Source: Acidobacteriota bacterium (lineage in GTDB: Bacteria > Acidobacteriota > Terriglobia > Bryobacterales > Bryobacteraceae). From it: a DNA stretch of 64,000 bases. Both the position numbers and the translations under genes were made by a program. Below the pieces are notes generated by a model that did no database searches, had not been told where the DNA came from, and was given only the letters and a program-made list of their open reading frames with translations. The DNA lies in assembly GCA_016201205.1 (NCBI GenBank), contig JACQDF010000049.1, positions 4,401 to 68,400 on the forward strand, read 5' to 3'. Below, piece after piece: positions 1-9,926 of the stretch. Every line of letters starts with the position of its first letter. The first letter of the stretch is position 1.

Positions 1-1857
1 CCAGCGGCCGCCCGGCCGCGCCACTTCCACATCGACAGCGGAAAGGATGCAGTTGCCGTAAAGGTCGCGGCCCGGACCGCCGCGCGGCAGGCTGGCATGC
101 GGAAGAGCTTCGATCCGCAAACCGGTCAGCTCCCGCAGATTCGTTCTCGATTCTATGACGTAAGTTTCGCGCTGCGGATTCTCACCCGATGCCAGCAGGG
201 CGCCATCCGTCGCCGCCGCCAGCGTCGTGCCGCCCGGTGCAGCCGCTTTCAGCGGGGCGAGTGTCTGCCAGTCGCGGCCCGCCGCCAGCACTTTCCGCTC
301 CCAGGCAGCCTGCTCGGCCTCCAATTCCGGCGTCGTGGTTTTCAGCTTCTGATCCAGCTCGCGAATACGGGTCGTCAGTTTCGTTCGCCGCGCTTCCTGC
401 TCCGGCGTCGCCAGGTCGATCTGCGGCTCGACGAATTTTGTCGAGGTGTCTCCGTACTGCTGCACTTCCTTTCGCACGTTGTTGAAGAAAGCCATCAGCG
501 AGTAGTAATCCCTCTGCGTGAACGGGTCGTACTTGTGGTTGTGGCACTGCGAGCAGCCGATCGTCGTGCCGAGCCATACCGCCGCGGTCGTGTTCACGCG
601 GTCCACCAGCACTTCAAAGTGCGCTTCTTCCTTGTCCACGCCGCCTTCCTCGTTGTACATCGTGTTGCGGTGGAAGCCGGTGGCGATCTTCTGCCCGGTG
701 GTGGCGTCCGGGAGCATGTCACCGGCGATCTGCTCGATGGTGAACTGATCGAACGGCATGTCCTTGTTCAGCGCCTGGATCACCCAGTCGCGGTATGTCC
801 ACATCGTACGCCGGCGGTCTTTTTCGTAGCCGTTGGTGTCGGCGTAGCGAGCCAGATCCAGCCAGGGACGCGCCCAGCGCTCGCCGTAATGCGGCGAGGC
901 GAGCAATCTCCCGACCAGCCGAGCGTAGGCATCCGGACGCGCGTCGGCGACGAATTCCGCCACTTCTTGCGGCGCCGGCGGCAAGCCGGTCAGATCCAGG
1001 CTCACGCGCCGGATCAGCGTTTCTTTCGAGGCCTCCGGCGAAAAGCTCAGGCCCTGCTTCTCGAGGCGCGCCAGCAGAAATGCGTCGATCGGATTGCGCA
1101 CCAGTGCACTGTTCTTTACGTGCGGGATCGGGGCGCGCACCGGCTTCTTGTACGCCCAGTGCTTCTCGACGCCGGCATCGGCCGCCTGCATCTTCGCCGC
1201 CGGCCACTTCGCCCCGGAATCAATCCAGCGTTTCAAAATGGCCATCTGCTCCGCCGGGAGCGGCTTGCCGTCGAGCGGCATCTGCTTCTCGCCGCCGCGG
1301 CCTTCGAGGCGGTGAATCATCCGGCTGGCCGCGCTGTTGCCCGGCACGATCACGGTGCCGCCCAGGCCGCCTTTCAGGGCAGACGCGCCCGCATCCAGCC
1401 GCAGTTGCGATTTGGGCTGAGGACCGCTGTGGCATGCGTAGCAGTTCGCCTTGAGGATGGGTTCGATGTGCTGGTCGAAATCGACGGCTGTCTGCAATGC
1501 AGGCAGTCCCTTCGCTCCCTGGTCGATCCAGTTGCGGAGGATGCGGATTTTGGATTCTTCCAGGGGAACGGCGCCAGGAGGCATGCGCAGGGCGGCATCC
1601 GCGATCACCAGCCGCTCGACGAGCTTGCTTTCCGCGCTCCTGCCCGGCGCCACCGCCGGCCCGGAGGCGCCTCCCCGCGCCAGCATGGCCAGCGAATCCA
1701 GTCGCAGTTTGCCATCCGCTTTCTGTGCGTTGTGGCAGGAAGCGCAGGAAACCGAAAGGATCGCCATGACCTGCTGATCGGGTCTGGGCGCGGGCGGTTT
1801 CTGCTGCGCCCATAGGATCCCTGAACAGGCAATCGCCGGCAAGATCTTCATTGGCAT
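1..1857 (-). CDS. Planctomycete-type cytochrome c (2x CxxCH) fused to DUF1549/DUF1553-like domains. The C-terminus runs off the left window edge.
   Basis: My own reverse-strand translation; the frame is absent from the ORF track because it has no stop inside the window. It reads MPMKILPAIACSGILWAQQKP..., with heme motifs SCASCH and NCYACH, then LDLTGLPPAPQEV..., YADTNGYEKD and GCSQCHNHKYDPFTQRDYY. The start is ATG at 1857 (alternative 1851). Confidence 0.8.
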   Translation of the reverse strand, partial: MPMKILPAIACSGILWAQQKPPAPRPDQQVMAILSVSCASCHNAQKADGKLRLDSLAMLARGGASGPAVAPGRSAESKLVERLVIADAALRMPPGAVPLEESKIRILRNWIDQGAKGLPALQTAVDFDQHIEPILKANCYACHSGPQPKSQLRLDAGASALKGGLGGTVIVPGNSAASRMIHRLEGRGGEKQMPLDGKPLPAEQMAILKRWIDSGAKWPAAKMQAADAGVEKHWAYKKPVRAPIPHVKNSALVRNPIDAFLLARLEKQGLSFSPEASKETLIRRVSLDLTGLPPAPQEVAEFVADARPDAYARLVGRLLASPHYGERWARPWLDLARYADTNGYEKDRRRTMWTYRDWVIQALNKDMPFDQFTIEQIAGDMLPDATTGQKIATGFHRNTMYNEEGGVDKEEAHFEVLVDRVNTTAAVWLGTTIGCSQCHNHKYDPFTQRDYYSLMAFFNNVRKEVQQYGDTSTKFVEPQIDLATPEQEARRTKLTTRIRELDQKLKTTTPELEAEQAAWERKVLAAGRDWQTLAPLKAAAPGGTTLAAATDGALLASGENPQRETYVIESRTNLRELTGLRIEALPHASLPRGGPGRDLYGNCILSAVDVEVARPGGRW

Positions 1858-1951
1858 GGTGGACACCAGGGTATTTCTTCTGATTGTGTCGCAGAATGAC
1901 GCCGGCGGCAAACGGCACTTTGGGCAGCCCGTACGGCGAGGGCAGGCGATG

Positions 1952-3250
1952 CTACGGCGGCTTGTCCTTCAACATACCCAGCAGCTCGTAAATCGAGCGC
2001 AGGCCGGTGTACAGCATCCGCTCACCAGCGCCGACCTCGACGAAGGTCGCGCTCGATGCGCCGTAGCCGCCGCGCACGGCAGCCGCAATCGTCGGGAAAT
2101 ACATGTAGCCGCCGTTGGCGTAGCCGAGCAAGAACGTAAACGGCAGGGGGCTGCGCGCGCGAAGTTGCATCTGGAAGTCGACAAACGGCTCGCCGGGCAT
2201 GGTGAGGAAAGCGTATTCGCTGCCGATGAGGAACACCGTTACGGGCAGCGAGACAGCCGGCTGGAGCAGCCGCGCCTTGCGTGCCGGGTCCATGGTGGGA
2301 AACTGGCGTTCGATGCTTTCACGCCACTTGTTCAGATCCCAACGGTTCTGCGCGGTCACCTGCTCCGTCTTCCACCGCAGTTCGCCATCCATGGCCCGTG
2401 TCTGGATGGTGCGCGTCACACGAACCGCTTCGGCGCCCAATTGCGCGCCGGTTTTGACCATCGCTTCCACCGCGTTGGCTTCGAGCGGCGTCTTGTCGAG
2501 GTTGGGGTTGATGTCGCCCGGCGCGCCTTGCAGGAAGAACGCCATGGTGGCTTCGCCGAACGCCTGTTCGATCGTTGTGCGCATGGCGCCGGGATAATCG
2601 GCGGAGTAGAGCAGGTTGTCGGGTCCGAACACGACAGGGTGGCAAGCGAAGTTGACAAGAATGGCCAGTGGCACGCCGTTTTCGCGATCGATACGAATCA
2701 CGCCCACGGTGGGATCGTAGGGCTGGGCCGGCACTTTGGTTTCGTTGCGCCACAGCATGTGGACTTCGCCGTTCGGAAGCGAATAGCGGCGGTTGTGGCC
2801 GAGGTAGCTGACGCCGAAACCGGCGCCGATTCTGGCCGGCGTCATGTTGCGGGCGGCGGCCAGCACCGCGAGCCTGGTCCGTTCGACGGCTTTCAAGTAC
2901 GCCGCCCGATCGGCCCCGTAAGTGGGCGCGGAGTGCGTGTGCGAAGCGTGAAAGATCACCTCATTCACGCCGCCTTCTGCGGCCGCGGCGCGTATCGCTT
3001 CCATCTCCGGGTTGTCGAACGGGAAGATCAGATCCAGGGTGACCAGCGCAATGGTGCGTTTGCCGTCAGAAAGAGCAAGCACGCGCGCCTCGACTGGATC
3101 GAGGACGCCCCGGGCAACGCCTGTGCGCGACGAGTAGCCGCTCATCGGCATTCCGAGCGGCGGATCGAGGCCGGCTTTGGCGGCGCCGGCGCGAAACTCC
3201 GCCCACAGAGAAGCCCCAATCCAGAACAAAGCAAGCGCGCGCATGCTCAC
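1952..3250 (-). CDS. Neutral/alkaline non-lysosomal ceramidase N-terminal-domain family hydrolase (secreted)
   Basis: 432-aa ORF with a signal-like N-terminus. Motifs MSGYSSRTG, HASHTHSAP and GAPGDINPN are typical of this family. The start is GTG 3250 or ATG 3244. Confidence 0.7.
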   Translation of the reverse strand: MSMRALALFWIGASLWAEFRAGAAKAGLDPPLGMPMSGYSSRTGVARGVLDPVEARVLALSDGKRTIALVTLDLIFPFDNPEMEAIRAAAAEGGVNEVIFHASHTHSAPTYGADRAAYLKAVERTRLAVLAAARNMTPARIGAGFGVSYLGHNRRYSLPNGEVHMLWRNETKVPAQPYDPTVGVIRIDRENGVPLAILVNFACHPVVFGPDNLLYSADYPGAMRTTIEQAFGEATMAFFLQGAPGDINPNLDKTPLEANAVEAMVKTGAQLGAEAVRVTRTIQTRAMDGELRWKTEQVTAQNRWDLNKWRESIERQFPTMDPARKARLLQPAVSLPVTVFLIGSEYAFLTMPGEPFVDFQMQLRARSPLPFTFLLGYANGGYMYFPTIAAAVRGGYGASSATFVEVGAGERMLYTGLRSIYELLGMLKDKPP

Positions 3251-4485
3251 GGCCCTCCATCGGGGACATCTTTCAACAAGCCGCGCAAGCGGAACAGATG
3301 CACGACGCCGCGATCAATCAGAGTTTCGCCGGCGCCGACTTCGACGCTGGTGTTGAAATCGGCGCCGTAGCCGCCTTCGACGGCGGCCAGGATCGTGGGC
3401 AGGTAGCCGGCCCAGACGCCCGGAGCGGAATAGGAGTAGCCGAACAGCATGGCGTAGCGGCATTCGCTCTTGGCGCGGAAGGTGATCTGGTGCTCGACGA
3501 AGGGCTCGCCGGGCAAGGCGAGAAAGCAAAGCTGGCGGCCCAGCAGACCGGCGGTGATGCCGATGTCGATCGACTCGGCAGGGTTCCAGCGGTGGCGCAC
3601 GCGCAGGGTCTCGGCGGCGGCTTTCAGCGGGACAGCGTCCATTCTGGCGGCGCGGCGGAGCAGGACAACCACACGCTCTCCGAGCGCTTTGCCCATTTCC
3701 TCGACGGCGGCGAACCCCTCGCCGCCGAGCTCCTTGTCGCGGTAGGGATTGATATCGCCGGCGGCGCCTTGAACGAACAAAGCCAGTGCGCCCGGGACTT
3801 GCGATTCAAGGTGGCGGCGCAGAGCGCCGGGGTAATCCGCGGACCAGGCCAGGTTATCCGGCCCGAGCACGGAAGGATGGCACGCGTAGTTCACCAGGAC
3901 AGCCCGCGTGCTGCCGGCCGCGTCCCGCACGCCAAGCACGTTGACAGTGGGGTCGAGCGGCGCGGAAGGCAGCCGCTCGGCGTTGCGCCACCACATGGTG
4001 GCGCGCCCGCCGGCGACTTTACGACGGTTGAAGCCCAGATAGATCTGGCCGCTTGAGAACGCGAGCCCGGCCGGGAAGAGATTGCTCTTTGCCTCGCCGA
4101 TGGCTCCGAGCATCTTGTCTTCGGCCTCGGCGTACCACCGGCTGCGCAATTCCCAGGTGAGCGGGCCGGAATGCGTGTGCGACGAGCTGAGGATGGTATG
4201 GCGAATCCCATGCTTCTCCCGGGCCTCGTCGACCACGCGCTGAGAGACGAACGAGCGCAGGTCGCAAGTCACCAGCGCCAGGCTGTTCGCGCCGTCGTCG
4301 AGCACGAGGACGGTGGCGTATAGCGGGTCGTGCCTGGCCGCGGCGCCTTCTTTCCGGGAAGCATAGCCGCCCATCGGATGGCCCAGGGGAGGCGTGATCT
4401 CGACGCGGGCCAGGCCGGCGCGCAGCTTGCTCTCCTGCGCTGGCAGGCAGGCTGCCAGGACAATCAGCCAGGCCAGAGAGCGCAT
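3247..4485 (-). CDS. Ceramidase-like hydrolase, tandem paralog of the downstream gene
   Basis: 412-aa ORF with the same motif set (MGGYASRKEG, SSSHTHSGP, GAAGDINPY). Its stop TGA (3249-3247) overlaps or abuts the start of the next paralog. Confidence 0.7.
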   Translation of the reverse strand: MRSLAWLIVLAACLPAQESKLRAGLARVEITPPLGHPMGGYASRKEGAAARHDPLYATVLVLDDGANSLALVTCDLRSFVSQRVVDEAREKHGIRHTILSSSHTHSGPLTWELRSRWYAEAEDKMLGAIGEAKSNLFPAGLAFSSGQIYLGFNRRKVAGGRATMWWRNAERLPSAPLDPTVNVLGVRDAAGSTRAVLVNYACHPSVLGPDNLAWSADYPGALRRHLESQVPGALALFVQGAAGDINPYRDKELGGEGFAAVEEMGKALGERVVVLLRRAARMDAVPLKAAAETLRVRHRWNPAESIDIGITAGLLGRQLCFLALPGEPFVEHQITFRAKSECRYAMLFGYSYSAPGVWAGYLPTILAAVEGGYGADFNTSVEVGAGETLIDRGVVHLFRLRGLLKDVPDGGP

Positions 4486-4493
4486 GGCGACTG

Positions 4494-6530
4494 CTATTCA
4501 CTGGACGGGCGCGAAGCCGGCTCGCCGTTCTTTTTCCTGTACTTCTCAAACCACGCCTGCAAATAAAGCTGCTGCAACAGACGGTGCGACGGTCGGCGCC
4601 AGCCGTGAAATTCATCCGGCATGCGCACCAGCAGCGTTTCTTTCTTCAGCATCTTCAGGGCGCGGTAGAACTCTTCGCTCTGCGTGATCGGCGTGCGCAG
4701 ATCCGATTCTCCGGTCATCACCATGGTGGGCGTGGTGACGTTGGCGACATAGTGCAGCGGCGATCGCAGGGCGTACTCCATGGGATCTTCCCAGGGGAGC
4801 TTGCTGAACTGGTCATACCAGGAGGAGCCATCCGTGGTGCCGACAAAGCTGTGCCAGTCGATGACGGGGCGCATCGAAACGGCGGCGCGGAAGCGATTGG
4901 TGTGGCCCACGATCCAGGCGGTAAGCACGCCGCCGCCGCTGCCGCCGCAGACAAACAGGTTCTGCTCGTCGATGAAGCCCTTCGAGACAGCGGTGTTCAC
5001 ACCGGCCATCAGGTCATCATAGTCCTTGCCAGGATAGGACTTTTGAATGCCGAGCACGAAGTCCTGGCCATAGCCCGTGCTGCCGCGGGGGTTGAGGTAC
5101 AGCACCGCGTAACCGTTGGCGGCGAAATTCTGAAACGGCCAACTGAAAGCGACGTTGTACATCGACCATGGCCCGCCATGAATGTGCAGCACCATCGGGT
5201 ACTTCTTGCCGGGCTCGAATTGAGCGGGTTTGATGAGCCAGCCCTGAAGCTGGAGGCCGTCCGGGGCGGTGAACCGCAGCTCTTCCACGTCGCCGAGCTT
5301 CACACCGGCCAGTACATCGTCGTTCACATCCACCAGCGTCTTCATGGGGCCGGGAGTCCTGGCGGAGAACGACACCAGAACGCCGGGATCATGGAAACTG
5401 GACCGCACGGCAACAGCGGCGCCGCTGTCGGCAATCGACACGCCGGACAGCGTGTGCGTGCCGTCGGTAATCTTGCGGGGCTTGCCGTGCACGGGAGCGA
5501 AGTACAGGTTCGATGTGCCCCGCTCTTCCATGAGGTAGTGGACGCCGGAGTTGTCATTCGACCAGGAGACCACCTGCGGAGCGCTGGCCAGATCCGCCGC
5601 CCACACACGCCGGTTGCCGCCGTTCTTGTCCATCAGATACAGGTTTGCGAGGTGGAACGTGTAGCCTTTGTGGTCGTAGCCGGTATAGGCGATCCAATCG
5701 CCATTCGGGCTCACTTGCGGATTCATGTCGGGGCCTTTGCGGCTGGTGAGTGTGCGAATGTCGCCGGTGGCAACATCCATCGCGTAGATCTCGCTGTCGC
5801 CCTTCAAGTATTCGGCGTCGGGCTTGCGGATGCCGGAGACATAGAGCGTCTTGCCGTCGGCGGACCAGGAAGGGCCGTTGTGATTGAACTTGCCGTCGGT
5901 GATCTTACGAGGGGTGCCGCCCAGCACGGCATCGACGGTGAAAAGGTGGGAGTAGCCTTTGGGGATGGGGCCGACGCCGTCGCGCGCCCAGCTCAGGCGA
6001 TCGACAATGACCGCCGGTTTCGCCCATTGCGCCCCCCGGGGCGCCTTCGGCAGTTTGACCGGCAGGATCGGATCTTCATCCGGCACATTCGCTGTGAAGG
6101 CGAGCCGCTTGCCGTCCGGGGACCAGGTGAGCCCGCTCGGCGAGTGCTGCATGTGCGTAAGCTGGGCGACTTCGCGCGTCTCCAGATACATCACGTGGAT
6201 CTGCATGGTGCCATCGCGGTCGGAGAGGAACGCGATGCGCTTTGCGTCTGGCGACCAGACCGGCGCCGTATCACGCCAGTTGCCGTGCGTCAATTCGCGC
6301 GGGCGGCTCCCGCCGGCATCGATGAGCCACAGATTGCTGCGCTCCTGATCCTTGATCTGGTCCGTCCAGGACCGGCTGAAAACGATCAGGCTTCCATCCG
6401 GCGAAATGCGCGGGCCGCTGATCGCTTCCATATCAAAGAAGGTTTCCGTGGTAAGCAGTTTCGGCTTGGGCGCGGACTGGGCGAATCCGGCCACCGAGGC
6501 CGCCAGCAACAGAAGGCAACGATAGTTCAT
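4494..6530 (-). CDS. S9 family serine peptidase with an N-terminal TolB/WD40-like beta-propeller
   Basis: 678-aa ORF with a signal peptide and repeated propeller strands (SPDG..IAF). The catalytic motif is CGGSGGG, with a C-terminal ESDLRTP...DEFHGW Asp/His region. Confidence 0.85.
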   Translation of the reverse strand: MNYRCLLLLAASVAGFAQSAPKPKLLTTETFFDMEAISGPRISPDGSLIVFSRSWTDQIKDQERSNLWLIDAGGSRPRELTHGNWRDTAPVWSPDAKRIAFLSDRDGTMQIHVMYLETREVAQLTHMQHSPSGLTWSPDGKRLAFTANVPDEDPILPVKLPKAPRGAQWAKPAVIVDRLSWARDGVGPIPKGYSHLFTVDAVLGGTPRKITDGKFNHNGPSWSADGKTLYVSGIRKPDAEYLKGDSEIYAMDVATGDIRTLTSRKGPDMNPQVSPNGDWIAYTGYDHKGYTFHLANLYLMDKNGGNRRVWAADLASAPQVVSWSNDNSGVHYLMEERGTSNLYFAPVHGKPRKITDGTHTLSGVSIADSGAAVAVRSSFHDPGVLVSFSARTPGPMKTLVDVNDDVLAGVKLGDVEELRFTAPDGLQLQGWLIKPAQFEPGKKYPMVLHIHGGPWSMYNVAFSWPFQNFAANGYAVLYLNPRGSTGYGQDFVLGIQKSYPGKDYDDLMAGVNTAVSKGFIDEQNLFVCGGSGGGVLTAWIVGHTNRFRAAVSMRPVIDWHSFVGTTDGSSWYDQFSKLPWEDPMEYALRSPLHYVANVTTPTMVMTGESDLRTPITQSEEFYRALKMLKKETLLVRMPDEFHGWRRPSHRLLQQLYLQAWFEKYRKKNGEPASRPSSE

Positions 6531-6587
6531 GGCATACTCCCGGGAACGGCGGTCGTTCTAATGTAGCGTAACACTGCCGCGGCCTGA

Positions 6588-7958
6588 TCAGGCCCACAGC
6601 TCGTGAAGCGGCCCGTAGAGGTCGCGATCGGCGAACGGGACGTACTCGAAGCCTCGGCCGAGCGGATCATCGCGGCGGATGGTGGTCCAGTCGATGCCGA
6701 GCGCCGAGTAGATCGTGGCCTCGATGTCCTCGGCGCGGATGTCGCGATCGCGCTGCCAGCCGGGGTTCAGGGTGGCCCGGCCCATTTCGTCCGTCGAGCC
6801 GATGATGCGCTTGCCGGGGATTCTCGCGCCGGCGAACAACGCTGTCTGTTGCAGATAATGATCGCGCCCGCCCGAAGCGTTCAGCGGACCGACGGTGCGG
6901 CCGAATTCACCCATGGCGAGCACCAGCGTCTCATCCAGCAGGCCGTCGGCTTTCAGTTCTCCCAGCAGCAACGCGAGGGCGGTGTCGAACTGCCGCGACA
7001 TGTTCTGCAATTGCACATTTGCCGCGTAGATGTTGGCGTGATGATCCCAACTGCCGAACGTGATCTGAATGAAGCGGGTCCCCATGTTGGCCCGCAGCAG
7101 ATTGCGCGCCGTGATGCAGGCGTTGCCGAACGCCGTGTTCCCATAGCGGTTGCGCTCGTTCTGATCGAAGGTGAAAATGCGGTCCACCGCCGGATTGTAC
7201 ATGAGCTTCCGCGCGTTGAGACCGAAGGCGAAGATTTCGTCCGGCTTGGCGCCGAGCTCCCCGGAATCACGAAGCTCGGCATCCAGCGCCTGAAGCAGCT
7301 CATACCGGCGTTCGAAGGCCGCCTGCCCGTCGCGGTGGGTCGTGTTGCCCAGACCGCCGCCGCCAGGATTCACATAAAACGGGCCATTGTCCGGCGGCAG
7401 GTAGCCGGCGCCCGGACCATTGTTGGTGTTCAGAGCGATGAATGCCGGCAGCGTACGGTTGGGGGATTTCGATGCCAGCTCGATGGAAACGACCGAGCCG
7501 ATGTGCGGCGCGATCTTGGCCTGGCCCGAGACCGGGTTGCGGCCGATCAGCAGCCACTGCCTCGCCAGATCGTGTACCGCGGCCCATGGCTTGATGGAAC
7601 GCACCAGTGCAATATTGTCAAGCTGGCCTGCCAGTTGCGGCATCAGCCCTTGCGGCCAGCGGATGTCGCCGTAGCTGGTGGGATTGAAATACGCCGGCAT
7701 CCAAGGGCCTTCTTTCAGATCGAAGGTGTCGATGTGGCTCGGCGCCCCAGCCATATGAATGAAGATGCAGTTCCTGGCCGTGTTCATCGGAGAAACACCA
7801 GCCTTGGCCACGGTTTCCATCGGGCGCGATGGCAGTAGATAGTAGCCGCCGACAGCGGAGGCGAGATGGCGGAAGAACACGCGCCGGCTGAAGTGCGGGT
7901 TGCGCCAGAACTCGGTCCCCGAAATCCCTGTCCAATCGAATCCGAACTTGTCTTTCAT
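6588..7958 (-). CDS. DUF1501 domain protein (sulfatase-fold, Tat-signal)
   Basis: 456-aa ORF with a twin-arginine-like N-terminus (FSRRVFFRHLASAVGG) and the motif GEFGRT...GRDH. It is paired with the upstream DUF1549/DUF1553 gene, as is usual for this family. Confidence 0.85.
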   Translation of the reverse strand: MKDKFGFDWTGISGTEFWRNPHFSRRVFFRHLASAVGGYYLLPSRPMETVAKAGVSPMNTARNCIFIHMAGAPSHIDTFDLKEGPWMPAYFNPTSYGDIRWPQGLMPQLAGQLDNIALVRSIKPWAAVHDLARQWLLIGRNPVSGQAKIAPHIGSVVSIELASKSPNRTLPAFIALNTNNGPGAGYLPPDNGPFYVNPGGGGLGNTTHRDGQAAFERRYELLQALDAELRDSGELGAKPDEIFAFGLNARKLMYNPAVDRIFTFDQNERNRYGNTAFGNACITARNLLRANMGTRFIQITFGSWDHHANIYAANVQLQNMSRQFDTALALLLGELKADGLLDETLVLAMGEFGRTVGPLNASGGRDHYLQQTALFAGARIPGKRIIGSTDEMGRATLNPGWQRDRDIRAEDIEATIYSALGIDWTTIRRDDPLGRGFEYVPFADRDLYGPLHELWA

Positions 7959-7973
7959 GATGACCCCCCTCGC

Positions 7974-9926
7974 CTAATAGCTGAACATGAACTCGACTTT
8001 GTTCATCAGCGCCCACGCCAGGTCTTCGATGGCGGTGTTGCGAGCATCCTGGCTGGCGGCGCGGCTGAGCAGACCGAGCGATTCGTTGCGTTCGAGGTCC
8101 GACGGCTTGCGGCCAAGGAAGAGCAGGAACATCTCTTCCACCACCGCGGGGTTGTTGGTGTTGGCGGCAAGAGCCCGCAACGCGGGCGAGGCGCCGACTT
8201 TGTTGCGGCTCAGCACCGTGTTGTCGTTCATCAGGTTGAGCTGCTGGAGGATGGACCCGGCCTGGCTGCGCTGCTGCGAGTCGCGGTTGCCCCGCACGAA
8301 CGCGCTCAGAAAAGTGACGACAGCGCCGCTGCTGCGCGGCTCACTGGGATCTGGCAATTGCAGCGCCCAATTCACCGGAGCGGGAAAATTCTGCACCGTG
8401 TAGGCAGGCATCACGCCAGTCGCTTTGGTGATGGCGTCATGAATCTCCTCGCCCTCCAGCCGCCGCGGATAATGTCTCGCAAACAGAGGCGTGTATTCAT
8501 ATTTCCAATCCGGCCCGTACCGTGAGCTGATCTGATAGGCGCTCGAATTCACCAGCAGTTTGAGGAAGCCGCGCAGATTGTACCCGTTGTTGCGCAGTTC
8601 CTGCGCCAGCTTTTCGAGTAAGGCCGGATGCGTCGCCTGCAAGGTCCACGGATCCGGCGGCGGGCTGCCGGGGTCCAGTCGCGCCGGGTCCATGGCGTCC
8701 ACCGGATCCACCAGCCCGAGATTGAACAGCTCCCGCCAGAACCGGTTGGCGAAGTTGCGGGCGAACATCGGGTCGGCGACCATGTTCCCGGCGAAGGCCT
8801 CGCGCCAATTCTGGCTGCTGCCCGGCTTCGCTCCCGGGGACTGGTATTCCGGCTCCAGATTCATCGTCGTGGTGCAGCGGTTATTGACCACTGAGGCGCC
8901 GGGAGCACAGCGTGGAGGGCGGTTGCCGTTCGTGGTGTTCAATGCGTAGTCGCCCGAGTCGCGGTCCGTCACCACAAGAGAGTTGAAGTAGAACGAGCTG
9001 TTGTCGCGGATCGCCGGGTGATTGCTGATCTGCTGGCGGGAGAAGAAGGCCGCCATCCGCTGCGCCCCGATGCGCGTACCGCTCCTCCCCCACAGACTGA
9101 GCTGGTCCAGGTGCCCACGCCCGTTGTGGCATAGCAGGCAATCGTAGTAGCCAAGGCCGAGGAAAGCGCTCGCTGTTTTCGCCAGCATCGTGTCGTATTG
9201 GTCTTGAATGGGGCCCATCGGCGTCGTCGAGTTGATCACGAAGTTGACGGCGCCGCTTTCCATCAGGTAGTTGCTGCCCGATGCCGACACCGCCTGGTAG
9301 GCAATGCCGCCAATGGAGGTGTTTTCGGCGACCTGGACCTTGATCCACTGATAGAATGCGTTCCGTCCGTTGATCTGGCGGTTGACGTTGGAGGCAGTGG
9401 CGTTCACCTGCAACAGGTCCGCGAACCACCAGGCCCACTTGTCGACGAATTCCGGCGAAGCGATCAGTTTGTCAATCAGAGCGGCGCGCTTGTCCGGATC
9501 GGCGCTCGAGACAAAGGCACGCACGTCCTCAGGGGACGGGATGCGGCCCGTCAAATCCAGCATGACACGTCGCAGGAATTCGTCGTCTCCGGCCAGCGGC
9601 GCCGAGCGGACTTGCATGCTTTGCAGCCTGCCGAAGATCTCCTCGTCGATGAAGTTGCGCCGCGGAATCGAGGCGGGGTCCACCGATGACGCCCTCTGAG
9701 CCGGCCGCTCCAGTTTGCTCGCCCGGGTGTGGGCCGCTTGCCGGGCGCGGCTCTGGCTCAGCAGGAACTCGTCCGGCTGCACGAGAAAACTGCAATCCGC
9801 CGCCGTGACAACTTTGTCATCAGCGGACGCTGGGATGCGAAGAGAAAGGATCGCCAAGGCTGCGCCCGTAAACAGGACCGCCTTCAGCAGCGGGTTTGTC
9901 AGCAACCTCATATCAGCCCCCGTCAC
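7974..9926 (-). CDS. DUF1549 + DUF1553 domain protein
   Basis: 650-aa ORF containing FLRRVMLDLTGRIPSPEDVRAFV...LIASPEFVDKWAWWFADLL (DUF1549-like) and YYDCLLCHNGRGHLD. An alternative start is at 9911 (MRLLTNPLL... signal peptide). Confidence 0.8.
   Translation of the reverse strand: MTGADMRLLTNPLLKAVLFTGAALAILSLRIPASADDKVVTAADCSFLVQPDEFLLSQSRARQAAHTRASKLERPAQRASSVDPASIPRRNFIDEEIFGRLQSMQVRSAPLAGDDEFLRRVMLDLTGRIPSPEDVRAFVSSADPDKRAALIDKLIASPEFVDKWAWWFADLLQVNATASNVNRQINGRNAFYQWIKVQVAENTSIGGIAYQAVSASGSNYLMESGAVNFVINSTTPMGPIQDQYDTMLAKTASAFLGLGYYDCLLCHNGRGHLDQLSLWGRSGTRIGAQRMAAFFSRQQISNHPAIRDNSSFYFNSLVVTDRDSGDYALNTTNGNRPPRCAPGASVVNNRCTTTMNLEPEYQSPGAKPGSSQNWREAFAGNMVADPMFARNFANRFWRELFNLGLVDPVDAMDPARLDPGSPPPDPWTLQATHPALLEKLAQELRNNGYNLRGFLKLLVNSSAYQISSRYGPDWKYEYTPLFARHYPRRLEGEEIHDAITKATGVMPAYTVQNFPAPVNWALQLPDPSEPRSSGAVVTFLSAFVRGNRDSQQRSQAGSILQQLNLMNDNTVLSRNKVGASPALRALAANTNNPAVVEEMFLLFLGRKPSDLERNESLGLLSRAASQDARNTAIEDLAWALMNKVEFMFSY

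Noticed and set aside
97-1815. A 572-aa plus-strand ORF at the left edge, and similar long ORFs at 1856-3370(+), 4584-6566(+), 6603-7838(+), 15286-16800(-), 37002-38291(-), 41437-42648(-), 43086-44180(-), 44552-45928(-), 46788-48350(+), 48411-49556(+) and 50294-51553(+)
   Set aside because: Each is antisense to a gene with clear family motifs and has Arg/Pro/Ala/Gly-rich junk composition. The real gene at 1-1857 is on the minus strand and is missing from the track only because it lacks a stop inside the window.
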